A stretch of 64,000 nt of DNA from Bacillota bacterium (lineage in GTDB: Bacteria > Bacillota > Clostridia > Ch29). Positions 51,542 to 60,365 of this stretch are shown one piece after another. The position numbers were made by a program, and so were the translations under genes. Below the pieces are notes generated by a model that was given only the letters and a program-made list of their open reading frames with translations, made no database searches and was not told where the DNA came from. Within the stretch, counting starts at the first letter, position 1; every line of letters starts with the position of its first letter. The DNA lies in the NCBI GenBank assembly GCA_013540605.1, contig JABVCK010000029.1, positions 257,022-321,021 of the forward strand, read 5' to 3'.

Positions 51542-51804
51542 CTAGGTACTAGGTGCTAGGTCCTAGTATTAGTTCGCAGTTCGTAGTTGGTAGTTCGTAG
51601 AACATAGATCGCAGTTCGCAGTACCGTGGTGGAGTTTTCATGTCTTTTCTTTTCCTAGGGCTTCGCTGATGTCTGCCATCTGCCGACTGCCGACTACCAT
51701 CTGACAACTGGTAACTGATATCTGACAACTGATGTCTGACAACTGATGTCTGGCAACTGGTATCTGGCAACTGGCATCTGATAGCTGATCACAGTCACTG
51801 GCAA
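51542..51804 (+). repeat. Heptamer-array element E3 (long arms, different ~40 bp core)
   Basis: About 12 YAG-phase units, core 51626-51665, about 18 CTG-phase units. Confidence 0.9.
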
Positions 51805-51817
51805 GGGAGGTGAAGCG

Positions 51818-52936
51818 TTGAAGAAGTTGATGATGCCCTTTATTGTCCTACTGTCGATGATATACCTGTTTGTACCCTGTCCGGCTGCAGCTTCACAAAC
51901 CCCTAATGCAAAATCAGCCATTTTGATCGATGTTGTATCGGGGAGAGTCCTGTATTCAAAAAACGAAAAGGAAAGGTTGCCGATGGCAAGCACCACCAAG
52001 ATTATGACGGCTATAACAGCCATAGAAAACGGCAGGCTGGACGATGTGGTAACCGCTAGCTTCAGAGCTCAAAATACAGGAGGCTCATCGATCTATTTGC
52101 AGGCCGGAGAAAGGCTTTCCCTTGAAGACCTGCTTTACGGCCTTATGCTTGAGTCCGGAAATGATGCAGCGGTGGCTATTGCGGAGCATATTGGAGGGAG
52201 TATTGAAGGATTTTCCAGGATGATGAACGAGAAAGCCGCTGAAATAGGAGCGTTCAACTCAAGTTTCGCAAACCCTCACGGATTAGATAATCGGGAACAC
52301 TATACAACGGCGGAGGATCTCGGAAAGATAGCTTCCTACGCATTGAGGAACGAGACCTTTTCTACAATTGTTTCAACCAAACAGAAAAAAATACCCTGGT
52401 GGGGAAGGAGCTATAACAGAATTCTCACTAACAAGAACAAGCTTCTTTGGAACTTAGAGGGAGGAGACGGGGTAAAAACCGGTTATACCGGTAATGCCGG
52501 GAGATGCCTGGTTTCTTCGGCAACCCGGGACGGATGGCAGTTGGCCGGTGTTGTCCTTAATTGCGGCCCAATGTGGGAAGAATCTATAAATATGCTTGAA
52601 TACGGATTCAGCACTTACAAACCGGTAACCTATTACGAACAGGGCCAGTTCGTAAAAACTGTAGCGGTAGCAAATGGTAAGAAAGACAGGGTCAGGCTTG
52701 TGACCGACAGGTTGGTCCGGATACCGCTGACTGAGGAAGAAGAAGAAAAAGTCATTGTTGTCGAGGAATGGGAGGATATTCTAAGGGCGCCTGTAAAGGA
52801 AGGGCAGACAGCAGGATCTGTTAGGGTAGAATTGGAAGGCAAGGTGCTGTTCAGGGCAAACCTGATATGTCAGGAAAGCATTAAGGAGAAGAGCTTAAGG
52901 AAATTATTCTTTGAAATCCTTTCAAATGCGATATAA
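51818..52936 (+). CDS. dacB: D-alanyl-D-alanine carboxypeptidase (DacB-like)
   Basis: MASTTK, SGNDAA, GVKTGYT. Confidence 0.8.
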   Translation: MKKLMMPFIVLLSMIYLFVPCPAAASQTPNAKSAILIDVVSGRVLYSKNEKERLPMASTTKIMTAITAIENGRLDDVVTASFRAQNTGGSSIYLQAGERLSLEDLLYGLMLESGNDAAVAIAEHIGGSIEGFSRMMNEKAAEIGAFNSSFANPHGLDNREHYTTAEDLGKIASYALRNETFSTIVSTKQKKIPWWGRSYNRILTNKNKLLWNLEGGDGVKTGYTGNAGRCLVSSATRDGWQLAGVVLNCGPMWEESINMLEYGFSTYKPVTYYEQGQFVKTVAVANGKKDRVRLVTDRLVRIPLTEEEEEKVIVVEEWEDILRAPVKEGQTAGSVRVELEGKVLFRANLICQESIKEKSLRKLFFEILSNAI

Positions 52937-52950
52937 GCTAAAAAATAAAC

Positions 52951-52990
52951 AGGGGCGGTTCCTAATTTGTGTAAATTGAGAACTGCCCCT
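52951..52990 (+). terminator. Hairpin after dacB
   Basis: AGGGGCGGTTC...GAACTGCCCCT. Confidence 0.6.
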
Positions 52991-53164
52991 GTTTGCCTAT
53001 TCGCCTCTTTTTGCATTTTTTATTGTAACAAATACCTGAGCAAAAAAATAACCTGATAGTATAGGGCTGAAGTGACTCCTATTTCTGCTTAAATAGGAGT
53101 CACCATTGTTGTTGGAATGGTTATAGTTTCTTAAGGTTAAAAAATGCTGGGGGGAGATGCGGCT

Positions 53165-54136
53165 TTGGTCAAAAGGAAACTGGAGTGTATAGATGCCGGC
53201 AGCGAATACTGTCCGTGTTATCTGGCTGAAACAAATGAATGCATAACATGCTCTCATTTACAGGGGAAAGAGTTTTGCGACTGCAACTGGAGGGGGGTAT
53301 GCATATATCAGGAATATGTATGGTCGGGATACAAGAGTAAAGGAATACGGTGCACCTGCCGGGCGGCGCTGTTGGAAAAGAAATATTTGTCACCCAATAC
53401 AATCCTGTTCAGGCTTGGTGTCACAAGGACACTTGCCAGAGAATTGGATAATCCCGGAGCCTATATTTTCATCAGAAACGAAGACAAGCCGAGTTATTTT
53501 GACGTGCCGATGTCCGTTATGGCTGTGAATACGGAAGAGAACGAGATATCTGTTGCAATGCAGGTTGTCGGAGCAAAAACAAAGGCTCTGGAGAGCGTTA
53601 GGGAAGGGTTGGTTATCAGAGGTCCTTACTGGAATGGTATACTTGGACAGAGGTACCTGAAAGGAATGAAGGATGGAAACTGTCTCGTTATAGCAAGGGG
53701 GATCGGCCAGGCTCCTGCAGCTAAGGTTGTTAGGTATTTGTGCAGGGGCGACAACCAGGTTAAGATTATAGCCGACCCGGGTAAAGTAGGGACTATATTT
53801 ATCAAAGAGTTCATCGGAAACGCACCCTGTGAGATAGAGGAGTTGGATCTGACTTCAAAGCAGGGACTGAGAATTATAAACAAGTATCTAAAGAACGAAA
53901 AATATGACATTGTGTTCAGCGGCGGATCGGATAAGCAGCACCTTTATATTATTCAGGAAATTGATAAGGTACAAGACAAACCCTACCTTGTGGTAACAAA
54001 CAACAATGAAATCTGCTGCGGCGAAGGAGTATGCGGAAGCTGCTCAACGCGTATCGAAAGCGGGGTACGGGTGAAAGCATGCAAGGTACAGCTTGACGTT
54101 CGAAAAGCAATCGAAAGGAGGATACTAAATGGTTAG
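53165..54136 (+). CDS. PyrK/SudB-like FAD/NAD-binding Fe-S protein with Cys-rich N-terminal extension
   Basis: RGPYWNG, ARGIGQAP, CCGEGVCGSC...C; N-terminal eight-Cys cluster. Confidence 0.8.
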   Translation: MVKRKLECIDAGSEYCPCYLAETNECITCSHLQGKEFCDCNWRGVCIYQEYVWSGYKSKGIRCTCRAALLEKKYLSPNTILFRLGVTRTLARELDNPGAYIFIRNEDKPSYFDVPMSVMAVNTEENEISVAMQVVGAKTKALESVREGLVIRGPYWNGILGQRYLKGMKDGNCLVIARGIGQAPAAKVVRYLCRGDNQVKIIADPGKVGTIFIKEFIGNAPCEIEELDLTSKQGLRIINKYLKNEKYDIVFSGGSDKQHLYIIQEIDKVQDKPYLVVTNNNEICCGEGVCGSCSTRIESGVRVKACKVQLDVRKAIERRILNG

Positions 54137-55409
54137 AGTAGTGGTAATAGGAGGAGGCTGGGCCGGGTGCGCGGCTGCGGTAACGGCAAGACAGGCCGGA
54201 GCCGAAGTGTTGATACTGGAGAAAACCGACATGCTTCTAGGCCTTGGCAACGTAGGCGGCATTATGCGGAATAACGGACGTTACACAGCCTCCGAGGAAT
54301 TAATTAGCCTTGGAGCAGGCAAGCTTATAGAAATAACGGATAAAGCGGCAAGACACTCAATGGTCGATTTCCCTGGTCACAGGCATGCCACTCTATATGA
54401 CGTCACCAAGGTAGAGCCCATGGTAAGAAGGCTGCTTCAAGAAATGGGCGTAGAGATAAGGACTATGGCTAGGGCTGTTGATGTAGAAAAGAAAGGCGCT
54501 GCAATTAAGGGTATACTAATGGCCGATGACAGCATAGTTGAAGGGGATGTTTTCATTGAAACAACCGGGTCAACGGGACCCATGGGCAACTGTCTCAAAT
54601 ATGGAAACGGATGTGCCATGTGCATACTTCGCTGTCCGTCCTTTGGACCAAGAACGAGCATAAGCCAGAGAGCGGGGGTTGAAGATATTCTCGGACAAAG
54701 GGGAGACGAGTGCTATGGAGCTTTTAGCGGTTCGTGCAAGCTCAACAAGGACTCCTTGAGCGATGATGTAAGAGAGACCCTTGACAGAGAAGGCGTTGTT
54801 GTGCTTAGGGTTCCGGAGGAAGATATCAAGATGGATAAACTATCCATTAAAGTATGTCAGCAGTATGCCTTGAAGGAATTTGCAGAGAACGTAATTCTCC
54901 TTGATACCGGCCATGCGAAGCTTATGACTTCCTATTATCCCCTTGAAAAACTGAGAAAGATAAAGGGGTTGGAAAATGCAAGATATGAGGATCCGTACTC
55001 CGGAGGAAAAGGAAACTCAATAAGGTATTTATCAATAGCTCCTAGAAGCAATGCAATGAAGGTCGATAATCTTGATAACCTTTTGTGCGGCGGAGAGAAG
55101 GCGGGATTATTCGTAGGGCATACTGAGGCAATTTCAACGGGCAGCCTGGCAGGGCACAACAGTGTTCGCCTTGTATTGGGAATGCCTTTGCTTGAACTTC
55201 CAAGGAATATCGTTATCGGAGATATTATCGCGTATGCCAATGAGAGAATAAAAACAAAGGAAGGGCTGAAGAAAAGGTATACCTTTGCCGGCTCCGAGTA
55301 TTTCGAACGTATGAAGGAAAGAAGGCTCTATACCATAAATCCGGAAGAAGTAAGGAGAAGGGTGGAGAGAATGGATTTGATAGATATATTCAGCGAGAAA
55401 CTGGTATAA
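54129..55409 (+). CDS. FAD-dependent oxidoreductase, GidA/TrmFO-like
   Basis: GGGWAG Rossmann motif; GEKAGLFVGHTEAISTG; CLKYGNGCAMCILRC. Confidence 0.8.
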   Translation: MVRVVVIGGGWAGCAAAVTARQAGAEVLILEKTDMLLGLGNVGGIMRNNGRYTASEELISLGAGKLIEITDKAARHSMVDFPGHRHATLYDVTKVEPMVRRLLQEMGVEIRTMARAVDVEKKGAAIKGILMADDSIVEGDVFIETTGSTGPMGNCLKYGNGCAMCILRCPSFGPRTSISQRAGVEDILGQRGDECYGAFSGSCKLNKDSLSDDVRETLDREGVVVLRVPEEDIKMDKLSIKVCQQYALKEFAENVILLDTGHAKLMTSYYPLEKLRKIKGLENARYEDPYSGGKGNSIRYLSIAPRSNAMKVDNLDNLLCGGEKAGLFVGHTEAISTGSLAGHNSVRLVLGMPLLELPRNIVIGDIIAYANERIKTKEGLKKRYTFAGSEYFERMKERRLYTINPEEVRRRVERMDLIDIFSEKLV

Positions 55410-55456
55410 TATAGTATAATATAACTGGAAAGCAGGACGCAAAAGGAGGGCTGCCG

Positions 55457-56164
55457 GTGGAGAGACTGCAGAAATTCATGGCAAGGTGCGGGGTGGCTTC
55501 GCGCCGAAGATGCGAGGAGATTATAGAAGAGGGAAAGGTAAAGGTGAACGGCAAAACAGTAACCGGGATGGGATATAAAATTGAGCCCTGCGAAGATGAG
55601 GTTGAAGTCGAGGGCACTGTAATTAAACCGAAGGAAAGAAAGGTCTATTTAATGCTTAATAAGCCTGTCGGGTATGTTTCCACTGTCAATGACCAGTTTG
55701 GCAGGAAAACGGTGCTGGACCTGGTGAAAGACGTGGCAGAAAGGATATATCCCGTTGGCCGGCTCGACTATGATTCGGAAGGTCTTCTGCTATTGACAAA
55801 TGACGGGGACTTCACTTACAGAATGACCCACCCCAGCCATGAGGCAGATAAGGAATACCTGGCTTTGGTTAATGGAGTTCCCACCGAGAAGGAATTAAAC
55901 CTTCTGAGGAACGGCATAGAGATTGAACAGTATGTAACATCCCCGGCAAAGGTTGACATAGTCGAAATAAAAAGGGGTAAGGCCCTGCTGAGGATAACGA
56001 TACACGAAGGGAAAAACCGCCAGGTTAGAAGGATGTGCGATGCCGTTGGCTACCCGGTGGAGAGACTCAAAAGAACTGCGGTCGGCCAGGTAAGGCTAGG
56101 CAGCCTTAAGGTAGGACAGTGGAGGTATCTCACTAAGAAAGAAATAGATAGACTAATGGAATGA
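55457..56164 (+). CDS. rluB: Pseudouridine synthase (RluB/RsuA family)
   Basis: S4 domain, GRLDYDSEGL, EGKNRQVRRM. Confidence 0.9.
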   Translation: MERLQKFMARCGVASRRRCEEIIEEGKVKVNGKTVTGMGYKIEPCEDEVEVEGTVIKPKERKVYLMLNKPVGYVSTVNDQFGRKTVLDLVKDVAERIYPVGRLDYDSEGLLLLTNDGDFTYRMTHPSHEADKEYLALVNGVPTEKELNLLRNGIEIEQYVTSPAKVDIVEIKRGKALLRITIHEGKNRQVRRMCDAVGYPVERLKRTAVGQVRLGSLKVGQWRYLTKKEIDRLME

Positions 56165-56268
56165 GATAGGCAAGACCGGACAGGGTGAAAAGCAACCTGA
56201 CCGGTCTTGCTGTGCAGGACTATTATTGATAAAATATGTTTGTCATTACAAGAAGGAAGGGGACCTAT

Positions 56269-57213
56269 GTGAAAAAAGCACCGGATCGGAATGTAACGGT
56301 AATTGTTCAGCTTTTTCTATGCAGCCTATTCTGGGGGACCTCCTTTGCAGCTGCAAAGATAGGCCTCAGACAGCTTGAACCGATTAATATGGTGGCGCTG
56401 AGGTTTTTGATAGCGTCTACGGCGTTTTTACTCTTGTTCAGGCGTTTTGAAAAAAGCAAGCTAAGAATTCCTTTAAAGGATATTCCAGTGTTTTTGTTCC
56501 TCGGTTTCCTGGGGATATCCTCATATTTTATACTGCAGTATTCTGCATTAAAAACCACCACTACGATTAATACATCTATTATTATTGCAACATCCCCGAT
56601 AATCACCACCCTTCTTGCCGCTAAATTTGCCGGAGAGCCCCTGTCCGCCAGGAAGATTGGCGGGATAGCCCTGGCTTTTGCAGGAGTTTATACGATAATA
56701 ACGGGAGGCACACTGATACCGGGTTTTAACTCTGATACCTATAAGGGTGATTTGATGATATTGTTGAACTCTTTCATGTGGGCTGCTTTTACTTTGATAG
56801 GAAAGCGGATCATGGAGAAGTATGAATCTATCGTTGCAATAGGATATATTACCATTTTTGGGACACTGCAGCTTCTGCCTTTCGTTTTTTTTCCGTCATT
56901 TCTTTCGGAGCATTCACTGCTGCAAGTACTGCCCCACTTGGGAATTCAGACCCTGATGGCCGCCTCGTACCTGGCGCTTATATGCACTCTATACGCTTAC
57001 AGCGCATGGTACAAGGCAATTAGTATAATCGGCGCTTCAAGGACTTCAGTATTTTTGTACCTTAATCCTATATTCGCGATACTGACGGGGATCCTGCTGC
57101 TTCATGAGCCCTTTACGTTATCACTATTCATCGGTGCATCAGCAGCTTTTTCCGGCGTATACCTTGCCGCTGTACAAAAAGACAGGCGGCAAAAAACAGT
57201 AAGCGCCGGATAG
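56269..57213 (+). CDS. DMT/EamA-family transporter
   Basis: About 10 TM segments; FWGTSF and FLYLNP. Confidence 0.9.
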   Translation: MKKAPDRNVTVIVQLFLCSLFWGTSFAAAKIGLRQLEPINMVALRFLIASTAFLLLFRRFEKSKLRIPLKDIPVFLFLGFLGISSYFILQYSALKTTTTINTSIIIATSPIITTLLAAKFAGEPLSARKIGGIALAFAGVYTIITGGTLIPGFNSDTYKGDLMILLNSFMWAAFTLIGKRIMEKYESIVAIGYITIFGTLQLLPFVFFPSFLSEHSLLQVLPHLGIQTLMAASYLALICTLYAYSAWYKAISIIGASRTSVFLYLNPIFAILTGILLLHEPFTLSLFIGASAAFSGVYLAAVQKDRRQKTVSAG

Positions 57214-57247
57214 ATAATATTTATCAACAGAATAGGGAGGGATTACC

Positions 57248-57643
57248 ATGCTGCACTTTCGGAGATTAAGACCGGGGGAGGAAATCGGTGAAATAGCAGA
57301 AAAAGCAAGACTGGGTCTGGGAGAAGATGAAATGGTTATGCTGGCCTTTGACGACGGTGAGTTGGTAGGGATTTGCAGCTTGACGATTAAGGCTGACACA
57401 GCCTGGTTGAACTCTTTGTATATATGTGAAGAAAAGAGGAAACAGGGCATAGGCACCGGACTGCTGAAGAGCATTTTATTTGCAGCAAAGAACAAGGGTG
57501 CAGCGATTGCAAAGATTACAGAGCATAGAGAGCTTACAGGTTTTCTGCTCAAAATGGGCTTTTGCCGGGATACGGGTATGGAAGGCATACTGCAGGCCGA
57601 CCTGGACGGATATTTCAAATGCTGCAATAATGCTTTGAAATAG
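57248..57643 (+). CDS. GNAT-family N-acetyltransferase
   Basis: RKQGIGTGLL motif A; FLLKMGF. Confidence 0.8.
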   Translation: MLHFRRLRPGEEIGEIAEKARLGLGEDEMVMLAFDDGELVGICSLTIKADTAWLNSLYICEEKRKQGIGTGLLKSILFAAKNKGAAIAKITEHRELTGFLLKMGFCRDTGMEGILQADLDGYFKCCNNALK

Positions 57644-57692
57644 GGGAGAATAACTAATATAATAAAACATGAACTTTACACATTAGAAGGAG

Positions 57693-58529
57693 ATGAAGAA
57701 TTTGGAATTATGGTACACTGAAAAACAGACAAAGGATGTTGGCATCACATGTAAGGTAAAGCAAACGCTTCATGTGGAAAAAAGCAAGTTTCAGGATATC
57801 GCCCTGATCGATACGGAGCAATATGGAAGGATGCTGGTTCTTGACGGCACTGTTCAGACAACAATAGAGGACGAATTCGTATACCATGAGATGATAACTC
57901 ACGTACCGCTGTTTTCTCATCCTGACCCCAGGAAGGTAGTTGTCGTTGGGGGCGGCGACGGTGGAGCAATACGCGAAATCCTTAAGCATCCCGGCGTTGA
58001 GAAGGCATACCTTGTGGAGATTGATGATAGAGTGGTTGAAGTTTCAAAGAGATTTCTTCCGGAGATAAGCGTTGCCCTGAACGACAAGAGGGCTGAGGTG
58101 AGGATCGAGGATGGAATAAAGTTTATTAAAGAAAACAGGAACCAATTCGATGTGATTATAGTAGATTCAACGGACCCTGTCGGCCCTGCCGTCGGGCTCT
58201 TTGTTAAGGACTTTTACCAGTCCATTTTCGACTCGCTGAAGGAAGACGGCATATTTGTCGCCCAGACCGAATCGCCCTTTTACAACAAGGATCTGATTTC
58301 ACGGGTTTATAGGGATATAAGTTCAATATTCCCTGTTACAAAGCTGTATGTATGTTCCATACCGACCTACCCGAGCGGGTACTGGGCCTTTACAATGGGG
58401 TCCAAAAAATTCAACCCGCTGGAAATCCCCGAAGGAAGAATTAAGGACCTTGGAACCAAGTATTACAACGCCGACGTTCATAAAGCCGCCTTTGTCCTGC
58501 CTAACTTTGTAAAACAACTCTTGGAATAG
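57693..58529 (+). CDS. speE: Polyamine aminopropyltransferase (spermidine synthase)
   Basis: [21 protein letters not shown]. Confidence 0.96.
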   Translation: MKNLELWYTEKQTKDVGITCKVKQTLHVEKSKFQDIALIDTEQYGRMLVLDGTVQTTIEDEFVYHEMITHVPLFSHPDPRKVVVVGGGDGGAIREILKHPGVEKAYLVEIDDRVVEVSKRFLPEISVALNDKRAEVRIEDGIKFIKENRNQFDVIIVDSTDPVGPAVGLFVKDFYQSIFDSLKEDGIFVAQTESPFYNKDLISRVYRDISSIFPVTKLYVCSIPTYPSGYWAFTMGSKKFNPLEIPEGRIKDLGTKYYNADVHKAAFVLPNFVKQLLE

Positions 58530-58536
58530 GAGAGCA

Positions 58537-59415
58537 ATGGCTATGGATACTATCAAGGGTAAACCCGGCTTAATAAATGTGTTTTTGGAAAGCGGCAGGG
58601 ACTATAGTGGATCCAGTGCGGTAATAATAGGGGCACCGATGGATTTCACGGTGAGTTTCAGGGCAGGGTCCCGGTTCGGGCCAAATGCAATCCGAGAGAT
58701 GTCATGGGTACTGGAGAATTACAGCCCGTATATGGACAGGGACTTGAGCAACATGAATATTTTTGATTACGGGGATCTGGAACTGGCCTTCGGCAACCCG
58801 GAGAGGTCCCTATCAATAATTAAGAACGCTGCAGCAGAAGTTTTCAATGATGGTAAATTTCCTGTATTTTTGGGGGGAGAACACCTGATAAGCCTTCCGG
58901 TAATCGAGGCGGCCTTTGAAAAATACGGAGGCGATCTGGTACTGCTTCATTTTGATGCCCATGCAGACCTGCGGGAGGATTACGCAGGGGAAAGCCTTTC
59001 CCATGCCACTGTTATCCGACAGTGCAGCAGGTTTATCAAGCCAGAGAATATTTATCAGTTCGGCATAAGGTCGGGTACCGGCGACGAGTTCACCTGGGGC
59101 CGTGAAAACACCAATTTTTACCCCTTTGAAATAGTTGAACCGTTAAAGAAGGTGCTTCCTGAGATAAAGAATAAACCCGTGTACATAACCCTGGATATAG
59201 ATGTTGTAGACCCGGCCTTCGCCCCCGGTACCGGCACTCCTGAGCCGGGAGGATGTTCGGCGGCGGATATGCTCAAGGCCGTTCACCTGTTAGCGGATTG
59301 CGACGTTAAAGGATTTGACCTGGTAGAGGTTATGCCGGACAGCGATCCGGCAGGGATAACCGGCGCGCTGGCTGCAAAAATAGTCAGGGAAGGCCTGCTT
59401 TCGTTCGTCAAGTAA
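58537..59415 (+). CDS. speB: Agmatinase
   Basis: GGEH, DAHADL, DIDVVDP, PGTGTPEPGG. Confidence 0.95.
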   Translation: MAMDTIKGKPGLINVFLESGRDYSGSSAVIIGAPMDFTVSFRAGSRFGPNAIREMSWVLENYSPYMDRDLSNMNIFDYGDLELAFGNPERSLSIIKNAAAEVFNDGKFPVFLGGEHLISLPVIEAAFEKYGGDLVLLHFDAHADLREDYAGESLSHATVIRQCSRFIKPENIYQFGIRSGTGDEFTWGRENTNFYPFEIVEPLKKVLPEIKNKPVYITLDIDVVDPAFAPGTGTPEPGGCSAADMLKAVHLLADCDVKGFDLVEVMPDSDPAGITGALAAKIVREGLLSFVK

Positions 59416-59421
59416 TCAGAG

Positions 59422-59601
59422 CAGTGGCCAGTGATCAGTGACTAGTGGTCAGTCATCGGTTGACAGATGACAGATGTCAGGGCAAGGCTATAGGGGGTAA
59501 AAATCCAAAGGCCTACCCGGACACCTGTGAACTGTGATCTGTGATCTACGAACTACGAACTATAATCTAACACCTAGTACCTAGCACCTGTAATCTGTTA
59601 T
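59422..59601 (-). repeat. Heptamer-array element E4 (inverted relative of E1)
   Basis: CAGTGNN/CAGATGN arm, core 59478-59527, CTGTGAW/CTACGAA/CTAGYAC arm. Confidence 0.88.
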
Positions 59602-59615
59602 CCTAAAACAGGAGA

Positions 59616-60191
59616 ATGATAGATATGCTGGATGTTAAAGAACTGGCAAAGTGCATAATCGAAAAGGCCGTAAGACCCGGGGATAAAGCAATAGACGCCA
59701 CGGTGGGAAAGGGGTATGATACTGCCTTTCTCGCAGGTCTCGTCGGAGAAAGGGGCTGTGTATACGGCTTTGACATACAGGAGGAAGCCCTCTGCAAGGC
59801 AAAGGAATACCTTGCGTCCGTCGGGCTGGATAGAGAAGTAATACTAATACAGGACGGACACCAGCATATGAATAAGCATGTACATGAAAAAGTACGGGCA
59901 GTTATGTTTAATCTGGGGTATCTTCCTGGGGGCAATCATGAAATAAAGACAAAAGCGGACACTACGATCACCGCCTTGGAAAAATCTTTGGATCTGTTGT
60001 TGCCGGGCGGTTTGATAACGATTGCATCCTATACCGGCCATCCGGGAGGTGAAGAGGAAAAGAACGTCCTTAAACAATATGTAACTAACCTAAGCTCTTC
60101 TATGTACAAATGCGTTGCTATAGAAGCCCTGAACCAGGGCAACAGCCCTCCGGTACTGTTTGTAGTTGAGAAGAAAGGGACAGGGAAATAA
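59616..60191 (+). CDS. Class I SAM-dependent methyltransferase, YtqB/MnmM-like
   Basis: IDATVGKGYDT, FDIQ, MFNLGYLPGG, YTGHPGG. Confidence 0.85.
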   Translation: MIDMLDVKELAKCIIEKAVRPGDKAIDATVGKGYDTAFLAGLVGERGCVYGFDIQEEALCKAKEYLASVGLDREVILIQDGHQHMNKHVHEKVRAVMFNLGYLPGGNHEIKTKADTTITALEKSLDLLLPGGLITIASYTGHPGGEEEKNVLKQYVTNLSSSMYKCVAIEALNQGNSPPVLFVVEKKGTGK

Positions 60192-60249
60192 ATCCTACAA
60201 ACCCCTACACAATCCTATTTTGACACCGTTGCCCCCTAAATATTATAAT
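60191..60249 (+). promoter_or_regulatory. Sigma-A promoter preceded by three 10-bp direct repeats
   Basis: TTGACA (60220)-18 nt-TATAAT (60244); AATCCTACAA / ACCCCTACAC / AATCCTATTT. Confidence 0.7.
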
Positions 60250-60365
60250 TAAACTATAGATATTTCCATATATGCGGATTTTGGCAAGCGGGATTCGGTA
60301 ATACCGCATCTGTGATTGCCCATCTGCATATAAATATAAGGAAATATAAAAAAGGGGGAATTATA

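Noticed and set aside
51549..52023. Minus-strand ORFs with SDISYQL/RHQL-type repeats
   Set aside because: Translation shadows of the heptamer array; no RBS, and one overlaps dacB antisense.
53107..53127. Six-codon mini-ORF after the hairpin-sequestered AGGAG
   Set aside because: Too short to support from sequence alone.
40831..59601. Heptamer arrays as CRISPR arrays
   Set aside because: Period is 7 nt with no 23-47 bp repeat and unique-spacer pattern.
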